From a candidate division WOR-3 bacterium (GTDB lineage: Bacteria; Hydrothermota; Tepidihabitantia; Tepidihabitantales; Tepidihabitantaceae), in NCBI GenBank assembly GCA_039801365.1, contig JBDRUN010000004.1, positions 1-60,584 on the forward strand: 60,584 nucleotides of DNA. Reading direction: 5' to 3'. The notes under the pieces were generated by a model. It ran no database searches and had not been told where the DNA came from. It saw only the letters and a program-made list of their open reading frames with translations. The position numbers and the translations under genes were made by a program. Of the stretch, positions 1 through 9,369 are shown in pieces. The stretch's first letter is position 1. Every line of letters starts with the position of its first letter.

Positions 1-221
1 GCCAGTCGTCGACAGATGTCTGCTTCGACCGCTTCCTTCCTCTTCTTACACTCCGACTCTCGACCCCTGGAATCCTTTCTCTGCTTGACCCGCGGCGGAA
101 TTGGAGTAGAAACTAGGCGTGAAGAATGACCCCGGTCGAGCGCGAATGCCCCGCCCGGCCGTGACGGAATTGAGATAGATATCATGCCCACGAAGTATCC
201 GTTGAGCACAAAGGAGGGCTG

Positions 222-557
222 ATGAGAAGACTCACCGGCGATGTGTTGCGCATAAACATCACGCCCGCAGGTAAGCCCGGCAGACCCGGGACTTTCCCTT
301 GGATTCGGGTCTACCGTCACCCCCACGGTATCAAGAGGCCAGCTAGCTACGATAGGCCACCTGAGGGGGTGAATGCAACCAAGGACAAACCAAGAGACCA
401 GCTGGCCAAGGAGATTGGCGAGGCAGTGATAAAAAGCTCTAGAGTACTGAAGTCGTGGTTGCGGCCAAGGGTGACACCGGTGGACGTCGTTCCGTCTTCT
501 GAAGTAGCAGAGGGTGCTCATCCTGAGACCTGGAATGCACGTGAAATAAGCTGCTGA
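222..557 (+). CDS. hypothetical protein (111 aa)
   Basis: ATG lies 6 nt after AAGGAGGG. No recognisable motif. Sits in the lower-GC stretch at the window start. Confidence 0.3.
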   Translation: MRRLTGDVLRINITPAGKPGRPGTFPWIRVYRHPHGIKRPASYDRPPEGVNATKDKPRDQLAKEIGEAVIKSSRVLKSWLRPRVTPVDVVPSSEVAEGAHPETWNAREISC

Positions 558-622
558 AGGAATGCCGCAAGCTCCGACCTGCAAAGGGTATCTACCTTGA
601 GAGAGACTTCATCACTGGCCTG

Positions 623-1153
623 ATGACTACAGTCCTAGACTACCAGCTGAACGGCACCATTCTTGAGAACATTACTGAGCACCTCGAGACCAAGGGCTGG
701 AAACGTCGCATTCGCTCCATGGAGGACCTAAAGCAGTTCTTCGGTCGCTATCCTGACGACAAGAAGGGCAATCGTGCTGCCGCCGTTGAGCTATGGGGAT
801 ACAGATACAGCAAGCGCATGTGGCAGCTCAGGAGACTGGTCGAGTTACTAGAGAAAAGTCGTGTGACGGATTTACCGTCACTGCGGGAATGGGCGCACAA
901 GAGCTGCTAAGAGAAAGATTTCATGGGAAGAATCAAGGGTCTAGGCTATGCGGTCTACCAGTGGCTAGTCATGCGTTTGGGCGTAGAGTCCGTGAAGCCG
1001 GACGTGCACGTATTGCGGTTCGTGGCGCGAACGATAGGACGTAAGCTCTCGCCCGAGGACACAGTCGCGTTGGTCAGGCAAGTCGCCAGAGATATGAAGT
1101 TGAAGGCGTACGAACTAGACTGGCGCATCTGGGAATACCAGAGAGACTTGTGA
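623..1153 (+). pseudogene. helix-hairpin-helix (HhH-GPD-like) protein gene interrupted by one in-frame TAA
   Basis: ORFs 623..910 and 923..1153 share one frame and are separated only by TAA (908-910) plus 4 codons. The downstream half has the HhH-like segment IKGLGYAVYQWLVMRLGVESVKPDVHVLRF. Confidence 0.4.
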
Positions 1154-1240
1154 CCCGATTCGGGACTGAAGACCGAGGTGCTTTGGCATAATCACGGTTC
1201 ACTCGCTCTTTGCAGAGCTGGGCAGCAGGTATGACCGCGG

Positions 1241-2971
1241 TCAGGCCGAGGGGTGTGCGGATAAGCGGATTGTGAAGGCAGTGCCTTTGCCTGGGGTGCT
1301 TTCTACCTCAATTCTGCCCTGATGCAGTTCCACGATGTGCCGGACAATGGCAAGGCCCAGGCCGGTGCCGCCGGTCTTGCGCGAGCGGGCCCGGTCCACG
1401 ACGTAGAATCGTTCGAAGATGCGCGGCAGGTGCTCAGACGCGATGCCGACACCGGTGTCTTCGACCCGAAGTACCGCATAGTCTTTCTCTCGCTCCACTC
1501 GCAGTTCTACATGTCCTTCTTCGGTGTAGCGGAGTGCATTGTCCAGAAGGTTGGAGATTACCTGCTGAAGCCGAAATCGGTCCGCCTCGACCAGCACTGG
1601 TTCAGCAGCAAGCAGAATCAGCTTCAGGCCCTTGGCTGCATAGCGCGGCCGGAACATTTCTGTTTCCTCGCGGGCCAGTTCGCTCAAGTCCACTGTCTCG
1701 AGCTCCAGCTTGAACTCCGGCTCTTCCAGCTCGGATAGTTGCGCGAGATCGGCCACAAGCCGCACGAGTCTTTCCGTGTGCCGGCGCACGATTTCCAGAT
1801 ACCGCTTGCCTTCTTCTGAGACCGACCCTTCTAGCGTTTCCAGGTATCCCTGAATCGCGGTCAGAGGCGTACGGAGTTCGTGCGAAGCCGCGGCCGCAAG
1901 GTCGCGCTTCATCCGGGTTGCAGCCTTGAGCTCCGTGATGTCGTGCAGGGTGACGACTGTCTCCTGAGTTGGCCGAATGAAGGATGCGTTGCAGACATAG
2001 GTACGGCCTGATACTTCCACTTCGTTTGTGTGCGGTTCGTGCCCCACACCGACCGAACGCAGGAATTCGCCCAGGCGGAACTCGCGGGTTATTTCCCAGT
2101 GATACCGGCCGACAACATCGCGGTCTCCGGCAATCCGGATGAAGCTGGCGTTGGCCAGTTTCACTTGTCCGGTTGCGTCCAATACCACGATGCCTTCCTG
2201 AATGGAGTTGATGATACGGTCAAGCGTTTCCCGCTGGTTGTTCAGGATACGGGACATCACTTCGAGCCGGGCCGCGGTTTCGTTGAAGGTGCGGCTGAGT
2301 TCGCCGAGTTCATCGGCTGCACCCGGGTCGGCTCTGACGCCGAACTCGCCGGACCCCAGCCGGCGAAAAGCCCGCACGAGCGTTGACACCGGCCGGGAAA
2401 GCTCTGAAGAGTACAGCAGGGCCGCAGCGATCGCGAAAAGAAGGATTGCCAAGGCGGCGACGAGGATGCGAACTGTAAGACTGTGGAGGGCAGCGTTCAC
2501 CGGCCCGATGTCAGTGCTGGCCCTGATATAACCCGTTACAACCCCGGCTTCCTTCACGGCCAGAGCGTAGTAGAGCATCTCGCGGCCGGTGGTGCGACTG
2601 ACTCGCAGTGAAGAACCCTGACCTGATGCTCGTGCCGCGATTATTTCCGGCCGTTCGCGGTGGTTTTCCATTGAATCCGGGTCGGCTTCGGTGTCCGCGA
2701 GTACCCGACCGAGCGAGTCAATCACGGTGATGCGCGTGCCGGCGGCGAGGGATAACTGCTCTAGTACTGAGTCAGATTCCGCGGTCCGGCCCTGCTTGAG
2801 TATCGGTCGGACCACTTCGGCGAGGATTGTTGCCTCGCGACGAAGCCCCTGTTCCAGAGTTGCCATATGGTTGCGGCGTACCGTGGTCAGACTGAGCATC
2901 AGCACCGCGGCCAGGGTGACAATCAGAACAAGCAGGTGGCCGCCGAAGACGCGGATGAAGAACGATTTCAC
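1241..2971 (-). CDS. phoR: phosphate-regulon sensor histidine kinase
   Basis: N-terminal TM segments, HAMP/PAS-like linker, H-box SHELRTPLTAI and HATPase G-box GGTGLGLAIV. Last gene of the pst-phoU cluster, with a 4-nt overlap with phoU. Confidence 0.85.
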   Translation of the reverse strand: MKSFFIRVFGGHLLVLIVTLAAVLMLSLTTVRRNHMATLEQGLRREATILAEVVRPILKQGRTAESDSVLEQLSLAAGTRITVIDSLGRVLADTEADPDSMENHRERPEIIAARASGQGSSLRVSRTTGREMLYYALAVKEAGVVTGYIRASTDIGPVNAALHSLTVRILVAALAILLFAIAAALLYSSELSRPVSTLVRAFRRLGSGEFGVRADPGAADELGELSRTFNETAARLEVMSRILNNQRETLDRIINSIQEGIVVLDATGQVKLANASFIRIAGDRDVVGRYHWEITREFRLGEFLRSVGVGHEPHTNEVEVSGRTYVCNASFIRPTQETVVTLHDITELKAATRMKRDLAAAASHELRTPLTAIQGYLETLEGSVSEEGKRYLEIVRRHTERLVRLVADLAQLSELEEPEFKLELETVDLSELAREETEMFRPRYAAKGLKLILLAAEPVLVEADRFRLQQVISNLLDNALRYTEEGHVELRVEREKDYAVLRVEDTGVGIASEHLPRIFERFYVVDRARSRKTGGTGLGLAIVRHIVELHQGRIEVESTPGKGTAFTIRLSAHPSA

Positions 2972-3642
2972 TCTTTTTCCGTTGCCTCGCTCTGGCAGTG
3001 CTTGATGTTCTCACCCTGAGCAATGTAGATGGCTTCTTCTGAGATATTGGTCGCCAAGTCCGCCACCCGCTCAAGGTTCAGGGTTATCATTATCAGTCGC
3101 AGGGCTCGCTCGACTGTTTCCGGGTCGCGTTTCATGTACTCCACCAGCTCCTTAGTTATGAGACTCTTCAGTTCATCAACTGAGGAGTCGCGGCGGCACA
3201 CATCGCGCGCCTGTTCCGGCCGGGCGTGCACAAAGGCATCCAGGCTGTCGTGTAGCATCGCCACGGTCTGGTCGGCCATCTTAGGAAGGTCAATGAGTGG
3301 TTTGACTTCGGGCCGGTCAACAAGATACAGCGCGGCTTCGCAAATGTTCACCGCATGGTCACCAATCCGTTCCAGGTCGCCGGCCAGTTTTATGCAGGAG
3401 ATAATCGTGCGCAGGTTTGACGCTTCGGGCTGGTAAAGAGCAATAAGCCCGATTGCGGCATCTTCATTCTCTACCTCCAGGCGGTTGACACGCGGCTCCA
3501 GTTCGTTGATTACTTTATGACAGAGCGCGGGTTCACGCTTTACCAGCCCACGGATGCCCGAAGCGAGCATTTCTTCAACCAGGGAGGCCATCTCAAATAC
3601 CCGTTCTTTGAGTTCGTTCAACTTACCTTCAAGGACCGTCAT
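2968..3642 (-). CDS. phoU: phosphate signalling complex protein PhoU
   Basis: 224 aa with two PhoU repeats (DLERIGDHAVNI and NLERVADLATNI). Directly follows pstB. Confidence 0.9.
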   Translation of the reverse strand: MTVLEGKLNELKERVFEMASLVEEMLASGIRGLVKREPALCHKVINELEPRVNRLEVENEDAAIGLIALYQPEASNLRTIISCIKLAGDLERIGDHAVNICEAALYLVDRPEVKPLIDLPKMADQTVAMLHDSLDAFVHARPEQARDVCRRDSSVDELKSLITKELVEYMKRDPETVERALRLIMITLNLERVADLATNISEEAIYIAQGENIKHCQSEATEKE

Positions 3643-3677
3643 TCACACCTCCTGCAATGATACCAGAAAAAGACGCC

Positions 3678-4454
3678 TCATCCGAACTTACCGGTCAGGA
3701 AATCCTCGGTACGTTTGTCCTTGGGACTGGTGAATACCTGCTCGGTCCTGCCCCATTCGACCAGTTCGCCGAGCATCAGAAAGGCACAGTAGTCTGAGAC
3801 CCGGGCCGCCTGCTGCATATTGTGGGTCACGATGACAATCGTGTAGTTGCGCTTGAGCTCCACGATCAGTTGCTCCAGTTTGGCTGTCGAGGCAGGATCA
3901 AGAGCCGAGGCCGGCTCGTCCAGAAGCACTATCTCGGGCCCGACCGCGAGCGCCCGGGCTAGACACAGCCGCTGCTGCTGGCCACCGGAAAGACTGAAGG
4001 CGTTGTCCTGGAGTCGGTCTTTGACCTCATCCCACAGGTTGGCCTGGATGAGCGCCTGCTCCACCTGCCGACGTATCTCAGACGGTCCGCCGAGGCGGTG
4101 GATGCGCAGTCCGAATGCGATGTTCTCGAATATGGACTTGGGGAACGGGTTGGGCTTCTGGAACACCATTCCTATCCGCCGACGCAGGTCAATCACATCG
4201 GTGCCGGCCGAGTAGATGTCCTCGCCGTCAATCATGATGCGGCCGGTAATGCGGGTTGATAGAATCAGGTCGTTCATCCGGTTTATGCAGCGCAGGAGCG
4301 TGGACTTGCCACATCCGGATGGCCCCATTATGGCGGTTACGGCGTTGGTAGGAATACGAAAGGTTACGTCCTTCAGCACGTGATTTGTGCCGAACCACAG
4401 ATTGAGGTTTTCGACTGCTATGCGGACTTGTGCTCGATCATTCGCCGCTGTCAT
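3678..4454 (-). CDS. pstB: phosphate ABC transporter ATP-binding protein
   Basis: Walker [13 protein letters not shown] signature LSGGQQQRL and Walker [10 protein letters not shown]. Typical PstB length and context. Confidence 0.95.
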   Translation of the reverse strand: MTAANDRAQVRIAVENLNLWFGTNHVLKDVTFRIPTNAVTAIMGPSGCGKSTLLRCINRMNDLILSTRITGRIMIDGEDIYSAGTDVIDLRRRIGMVFQKPNPFPKSIFENIAFGLRIHRLGGPSEIRRQVEQALIQANLWDEVKDRLQDNAFSLSGGQQQRLCLARALAVGPEIVLLDEPASALDPASTAKLEQLIVELKRNYTIVIVTHNMQQAARVSDYCAFLMLGELVEWGRTEQVFTSPKDKRTEDFLTGKFG

Positions 4455-4510
4455 CAGTCATTCCTCCTTGCCGGTGCGGATGGCGTAGTGCGTGGAGCGT
4501 AGTGCATTTG

Positions 4511-5419
4511 TCAGACCTGCCACGTATTGGTACGGCTTATTCTTAGCCTGATTATGAACGCGACGGCATCGAAACCAAGTACAAATATCAAGAGAACGAG
4601 AGCAGTGCCGAAAGCGATGGGACGCACCTTGGCAATCTGGTCGTGCTGGGTTGCAAGTGCAAACAAATGGTAGGGCAGGGCCATGAATTTGTGCGACAGC
4701 GCGGTCGGAAGTTGCTTCGTATAGTAGGTCACGCCCGTGAAGAGAATCGGCGCGGTCTCACCGACGGTTCTGGCCACCGCCAGCAGGACGCCAGTGAGAA
4801 TACCCGGGAACGCATAGGGCAGAACGTTGCGTCTTATTGCCTCCCACTTTGTCGAACCCAGTGCCAGTGCCCCTTCGCGGAACGAACCGGGGATGGCGGT
4901 AACCGCTTCCTCGCAGGTGGCGATTATCCAGGGCAGGTTTACCAGCCCCAGGGTAAGGCCCGAGGCGAGAACTGACATTCCAAGACGCATTGCGTTTACG
5001 AACAGCGCTACCCCAAAAAGCCCGTAAACGATAGATGGCACACCGGCCAGACTGCGGACAGAGCTGCGAATCATCTTGGTGAGAAGGTTGTTGGGAGCAT
5101 ACTCGGCAAGGTAGATGCCGGAACAGACACCGACCGGTACCGAGAACACAAGCGAGATGAGGGTTACGAGGGCTGTGCCGACGATGCAGGGAAGGATTCC
5201 GCCTTCGGTCATACCCGCGTTTGGGGCATGGGAAAGAAATTTCCAACTCAGAACCGGCGCGCCGTTGCGCACCAGGTAGAACACGAGCAGGAGTATGAAG
5301 GCTATAAAGACGAAGAGCGGAATGGCAAGAAAGACGAACCCGATGTTGCTGGTGAATCGCCTTCTTGGTATCGCACCGGCAACCGACAGGTGTTGGCGTC
5401 CGCGTTCATCTGTCCTCAT
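4511..5419 (-). CDS. pstA: phosphate ABC transporter permease PstA
   Basis: Polytopic permease with EAA-type loop EGALALGSTKWEAIRRNVLP. 4-nt overlap with pstC. Confidence 0.9.
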   Translation of the reverse strand: MRTDERGRQHLSVAGAIPRRRFTSNIGFVFLAIPLFVFIAFILLLVFYLVRNGAPVLSWKFLSHAPNAGMTEGGILPCIVGTALVTLISLVFSVPVGVCSGIYLAEYAPNNLLTKMIRSSVRSLAGVPSIVYGLFGVALFVNAMRLGMSVLASGLTLGLVNLPWIIATCEEAVTAIPGSFREGALALGSTKWEAIRRNVLPYAFPGILTGVLLAVARTVGETAPILFTGVTYYTKQLPTALSHKFMALPYHLFALATQHDQIAKVRPIAFGTALVLLIFVLGFDAVAFIIRLRISRTNTWQV

Positions 5420-6303
5420 AGCGTGAAGCTCCGCTTTTCTCTTCGAATCAGTGACTCGGCAATAAGGTTTGTGCCCAGGGCGATGAGGAAAAGAACAAGT
5501 CCAAGCGCAAACAGCGCATAGAAGTGGGTGGTGTGAAACGGCGTCTCGCCCAGCTCCACCGCAATCGTGGCGGTGATGGTGCGCACCGGGTCAAATAGTG
5601 ATCTGGGAATCACTGGTGCATTGCCCGCAACCATCAGAACTGCCATCGTTTCACCGATCGCCCGGCCGAATCCAAGCATTACCGCGGCCAGGATGCCGGA
5701 TTTGGCCGCAGGAAGCGTGACGCGCGTAGCGGTCGTCCAAGGCGTGGCGCCGAGCGCGTAGGCTGCCTCACGGTAGGACTGGGGCACAACGCGCAGGGCG
5801 TCATCCGAAACCGAAATGATCGTGGGCAGAGCCATGAAGGCAAGCAGCACCCCGGCGTTGAGGAGATTCAGGCCCGAAGGCACGTTGAACAGACGCGCAA
5901 TGAATGGGCCGACTACTACCAGGCCGAAGAAGCCAATCACTACGGAGGGGAAACCGGCAAACAGTTCAACTACGGTCTTGACCAGAGTGCGGGCCTTGCC
6001 CTTCAGCCGCTCGGCGATGAATACTGCACCGGCGATCCCCAATGGAATGGATATGACAAGTGCAAGGACAGTGGTGAAGAAGCTGCCAGCCAGTAGCGGC
6101 ACCAGCCCGTAGGACGGCTCGCCGTAGGCATCCGGATTCCAGCGCGTGCCGAACAGAAAGCCGCCAAGCGAAGTGCCGGCAAAGGTGCGTACACCGAAGA
6201 GCAGAAGGTACGCAAGAATACCGAACAGAACAAGCGCGGCCAGGACAGCGTTGACAAGGAATACTATCTGAACCAGCTTGTCGGCGACCTTGCGCAGTTT
6301 CAC
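5416..6303 (-). CDS. pstC: phosphate ABC transporter permease PstC
   Basis: Polytopic permease with loop EAAYALGATPWTTATRVTLP. GTG start. Lies between pstS and pstA. Confidence 0.9.
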   Translation of the reverse strand: MKLRKVADKLVQIVFLVNAVLAALVLFGILAYLLLFGVRTFAGTSLGGFLFGTRWNPDAYGEPSYGLVPLLAGSFFTTVLALVISIPLGIAGAVFIAERLKGKARTLVKTVVELFAGFPSVVIGFFGLVVVGPFIARLFNVPSGLNLLNAGVLLAFMALPTIISVSDDALRVVPQSYREAAYALGATPWTTATRVTLPAAKSGILAAVMLGFGRAIGETMAVLMVAGNAPVIPRSLFDPVRTITATIAVELGETPFHTTHFYALFALGLVLFLIALGTNLIAESLIRREKRSFTL

Positions 6304-6317
6304 GGTCCGATTATGCC

Positions 6318-6352
6318 GCGTCCCGGCCAGGCGTCAAACCTGGCCGGGACGC
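6318..6352 (-). promoter_or_regulatory. intercistronic GC-rich stem-loop between pstS and pstC
   Basis: Perfect 14-bp stem (6318-6331 / 6339-6352) with a 7-nt loop, placed between the pstS stop and the pstC start. No U-tract follows it. Confidence 0.6.
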
Positions 6353-6365
6353 ACAAAGAAGGGTC

Positions 6366-7229
6366 CTACTTACCAAGCGCTGCCTTGTTATGTTCCTGAT
6401 AGTCGCTCGTGACCGGGAAAAAGCCTTCCTGCTTCACGATTTCCTGACCTTTGGGGCTGAGTTCGAATTCGATGAACTTGCGGGCGTTCCCCTTGGGCTT
6501 GCCTGAAGTGTACTGATAGAGCGGTCGGGTAAGCGGATATAGCCCGGCTTCGACCTTCTTCTCATCGAGCGGTGACACATACTCACCTTTGGCGTTCCTC
6601 ACCGCCACGGCTTTCACGCCGGTGGCTTCACGCAAATACCCTACCCCGACGTAGCCGATACCGCCCTCATCCGTCTTCAGGGCTTCGATAATCTGGGCGT
6701 TACCGTTCATCTGCCGCATCGCCACCGAATACTCGCCCTTGACCACTGCGTCGCGGAAGAAGACGAACGTGCCGGAACTGGGCTGGCGTCCGTACAGGCT
6801 TATCTTCTTGTTCGGCCCGCCCACCTGGTTCCAGTTCTTGATTTCGCCGCGGTAGATGGCGCCAATCTGCTCCGGTGTGAGTTTCTCCACCGAGTTCTTC
6901 TCGCTGACGATGACCGAGAGGCCGTCAATCGCAATGACGATGCCTACCGGGTTCACGCCGTTGGCGCGCGCGGTTGAGATTTCCTTGGACTTGATTTCCC
7001 GCGACGCATTGGCAATGTCGCACTCACCGTTGGTGATGGCGTTGATGCCCACGCCGGAGCCGCCACCGGTGATTGAGACCGAAATGTCGGGCTGAACTGC
7101 GGAAAACGCCTCGGCCAGGCGCTGGGTCAGGTTGAGCATTGTGTCTGAACCCTTGACCAGGACCTCGGCCGCGAAGAGAGTTGCGGCCAGCCCGGCCAGG
7201 ACTGCAAAAGCTATGGTTCTTTTCATCAA
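6366..7229 (-). CDS. pstS: periplasmic phosphate-binding protein PstS
   Basis: Signal peptide MMKRTIAFAVLAGLAATLFA and PBP motif ITGGGSGVGINAI. First transporter gene of the pst cluster. Confidence 0.9.
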   Translation of the reverse strand: MMKRTIAFAVLAGLAATLFAAEVLVKGSDTMLNLTQRLAEAFSAVQPDISVSITGGGSGVGINAITNGECDIANASREIKSKEISTARANGVNPVGIVIAIDGLSVIVSEKNSVEKLTPEQIGAIYRGEIKNWNQVGGPNKKISLYGRQPSSGTFVFFRDAVVKGEYSVAMRQMNGNAQIIEALKTDEGGIGYVGVGYLREATGVKAVAVRNAKGEYVSPLDEKKVEAGLYPLTRPLYQYTSGKPKGNARKFIEFELSPKGQEIVKQEGFFPVTSDYQEHNKAALGK

Positions 7230-7236
7230 TTCCTCC

Positions 7237-8409
7237 TTACTGGGCTATGAACTCAGGGACAATCTGGGCCCACTCGAACCGGAACTGGGCAATGAAAGTA
7301 TCGGTTGGTTTCGCACCTTCTGCCTTGGTCTGATTGCGGGTCCAGGCCACTTGCAAGGCAAGGCCCGGCTTGCCTTTCTCGCGGCGGATGAAGTGATAAT
7401 TGAAGCCGCCGCCGTACGAAAGCGAACTCTTGGCGTCGTTGCGGGTTCCGTCTTCCTTACGCTCCCAAGTGGTGATGCGGGCGTACACGTCAAACTTGCG
7501 CTTGGCAAGAGAGACGAGAGGTATCAGGTCCAAACCGGACTGGGCATACCTTTTCTCACTTACTAGGCGTGTTGAGTCAACAATCTTGCCGGTTGTCGAG
7601 TCCGCAGTGTAGTACCCAAACTCACGGGTGTAGTTGTAGATGATATACTCGCCGGTCAGAGACACAGGCCCGAAGGCGAACTTCACGACCGGAGCAAGGC
7701 CCATCCGACCTTTGTTCACCGTATCCGGCAGAAGCCACTTCTTGCGGTCCGTACTCAGCTTACCCGCAGCCACATCGTTCTTGTAAGCAACGTGGTCCTC
7801 CGCATTACGGAAGACTGAGACACCGGCCATTACGCCGGCAAAAGGTGTCAGGCGCAGGTTGGCCAGCAACTCCGGGCTCTTATTCACGTACTTGCCCGCA
7901 TACTTGTATCCCTCGCCGTTGTACAACCCGAGCTGCAGCTCGCCCAGGCCGCCCGGGAGGAAGCCATTCACGGTCAGGCCATAGTCCGCACTGGCCGCGA
8001 TTCCCTGGATGTCGGCCAGGGACTTGTCCGGGTGCGTGTAGTCCCAGGAATAGATAAGACCGAAGTAGTGCTTCTGCAGACCCGCGGTGAGGTTGAAGTC
8101 TTTGAGGGGCAGAGCCAGGTCAGCGTAGCCCTCCTTCAGCCGCACGGTGGAACCCTCGGCATACTTGTCCGAGGAGAAGAAGTCCAGCGTGAACTTGGTG
8201 AAGAACTGGCTGGACCACTGGTAGGACAGCCGGATGTATCCCCGTTCCAACGCGAACCGGCTCACGTCCGGGTTCGTGATGCCGAACGAGGTTGACTGGT
8301 TCGTGTACCGAAACCAGCCGTTGTGCTCCAGTTCGGCCTGCTTCGGCTCCAGGGCCAAGCCTTGGGCTGCGAACAGAGCAAGGGCTGCGAACACGAGCGC
8401 TTTTCTCAT
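7237..8409 (-). CDS. outer-membrane porin, probably phosphate-starvation inducible (porin O/P-like)
   Basis: ATG at 8409 follows AAGGAG and opens with signal peptide MRKALVFAALALFAAQGLA, so the longer ORF to 8517 is rejected. Beta-strand-rich sequence. The product call is inferred from its position between phoB and pstS. Confidence 0.55.
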   Translation of the reverse strand: MRKALVFAALALFAAQGLALEPKQAELEHNGWFRYTNQSTSFGITNPDVSRFALERGYIRLSYQWSSQFFTKFTLDFFSSDKYAEGSTVRLKEGYADLALPLKDFNLTAGLQKHYFGLIYSWDYTHPDKSLADIQGIAASADYGLTVNGFLPGGLGELQLGLYNGEGYKYAGKYVNKSPELLANLRLTPFAGVMAGVSVFRNAEDHVAYKNDVAAGKLSTDRKKWLLPDTVNKGRMGLAPVVKFAFGPVSLTGEYIIYNYTREFGYYTADSTTGKIVDSTRLVSEKRYAQSGLDLIPLVSLAKRKFDVYARITTWERKEDGTRNDAKSSLSYGGGFNYHFIRREKGKPGLALQVAWTRNQTKAEGAKPTDTFIAQFRFEWAQIVPEFIAQ

Positions 8410-8469
8410 ATGACTCCTTTTCGTCATGGCCCAAGTATCCAGCCGGTCTTGAATACCTGATAGAGTGAA

Positions 8470-8486
8470 TGTCAATTTTCTGTGAA
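8470..8486 (-). promoter_or_regulatory. Pho-box-like direct repeat TTCACA-N5-TTGACA upstream of the porin-pst operon
   Basis: The minus strand reads TTCACAgaaaaTTGACA (followed by TTCACT), 61-77 nt upstream of the porin start. The same architecture occurs upstream of phoB. Confidence 0.4.
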
Positions 8487-8544
8487 TGGCAGTCCGGTGG
8501 CTTGGAACACGATCCACCTGTATCGGGCGGCAATTTCCGGATAC

Positions 8545-9228
8545 TCAGTCAGCCGTGAACCGGTACCCGACACCACGTACCGTGCGGATAGCGTCGCCTG
8601 CGGTGCCGAGCTTCTCGCGCAGGTTGCGGATGTGGGTGTCTATCACCCGGTCTATCACAGGCTTATCATAGCCCCACACACCTTCAATCAACTGGTCTCG
8701 GGAGAACACCCGGCCTGGCTGACGAGCCAGGACTTCGAGGATGCGGAACTCGGTCGCGGTCAGTTCTACCGGCTTGTTGTCCACCAGCACCGAGAACCGG
8801 TTCGGGTCAATCAGAAAGCGACCAACCGCAATTGCACCGGTGCCGGACGGCCGGTGCTCAAGCCGGCGCAGTACTGTCCTTACCCGCGCTACCAGCTCCC
8901 GTGGGCTGAAAGGCTTGGTTACGTAGTCGTCCGCACCGGACTCAAGCCCCAGCACCCGGTCGGTCTCCTCGACCCGCGCGGTCAGCATGATAATCGGCAC
9001 CCCGGCCAGCCGGGCCTCGCTTTTCATGTACCGGCACACATCCATGCCGTCCGCATCCGGCAGCATCAGGTCAAGAATCACAAGATTTGGAACCTTGGTT
9101 GACAGGAACCGGTAGAAATGACCTGCATCGGCAAACCCCTCGACCCGGAACCCGGCTTTGCGCAAGTGCAGACCGACAAGCTCCAGAATATCTGGCTCGT
9201 CGTCAACAACCGCAATCAGCTTCGGCAT
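8545..9228 (-). CDS. phoB: OmpR-family phosphate regulon response regulator
   Basis: Receiver domain (VVDDEPD, ILDLMLPDADG, VTKPF) plus a winged-helix output domain (RVFSRDQLIEGVWG). Heads the Pho cluster. Confidence 0.85.
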   Translation of the reverse strand: MPKLIAVVDDEPDILELVGLHLRKAGFRVEGFADAGHFYRFLSTKVPNLVILDLMLPDADGMDVCRYMKSEARLAGVPIIMLTARVEETDRVLGLESGADDYVTKPFSPRELVARVRTVLRRLEHRPSGTGAIAVGRFLIDPNRFSVLVDNKPVELTATEFRILEVLARQPGRVFSRDQLIEGVWGYDKPVIDRVIDTHIRNLREKLGTAGDAIRTVRGVGYRFTAD

Positions 9229-9240
9229 CGCGCCGGCCAG

Positions 9241-9285
9241 AGGCTACCCCTGTCCGGCCTGCCAGTCAAGTCAAGAAACTGTGAA
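9241..9285 (-). promoter_or_regulatory. phoB promoter with overlapping Pho-box-like repeat
   Basis: Minus strand: TTGACT (9269-9264), 17-nt spacer, TAGCCT (9246-9241), then 12 nt to the ATG at 9228. TTCACAgtttcTTGACT (9285-9269) overlaps the -35. Confidence 0.4.
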
Positions 9286-9331
9286 TTTGTGTGCTGCCGT
9301 CCCGGTATTGTACAGAACGGCAGACGACAGC

Positions 9332-9360
9332 TTGACAGATTCGGCCGTTTTCAGTATTAT
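9332..9360 (+). promoter_or_regulatory. sigma70-like promoter of the rrf2-hcp operon
   Basis: TTGACA (9332-9337), 17-nt spacer, TATTAT (9355-9360), then 9 nt to the ATG at 9370. No SD. Confidence 0.5.
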
Positions 9361-9369
9361 AGTTCCAAA

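Noticed and set aside
7237-8517. Long 5' extensions offered by the ORF track (porin to 8517, rrf2 from 9118, mazF to 17240, DUF2283 to 22178, deoC to 29020, Cas4-like to 32876, propeller to 49292, GT-C to 51618, FN3 protein from 52065, 40592-gene to 42160)
   Set aside because: In each case an internal start is preceded by an SD or a -10 box and begins a signal peptide or the conserved family N-terminus. The extension contains promoter or terminator elements or overlaps the upstream gene.
9290-9335. E. coli-type Pho box (CTGTCAT-N4-CTGTCAT) in CTGTCAAGCTGTCGTCTGCCGTTCTGTACA (minus strand)
   Set aside because: The CTGT-containing heptamers are spaced 8, 15 or 23 nt apart rather than 11 or 22. 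They also lie on the far side of the divergent rrf2 promoter. The TTCACA-N5-TTGACW repeat is the better-supported candidate.
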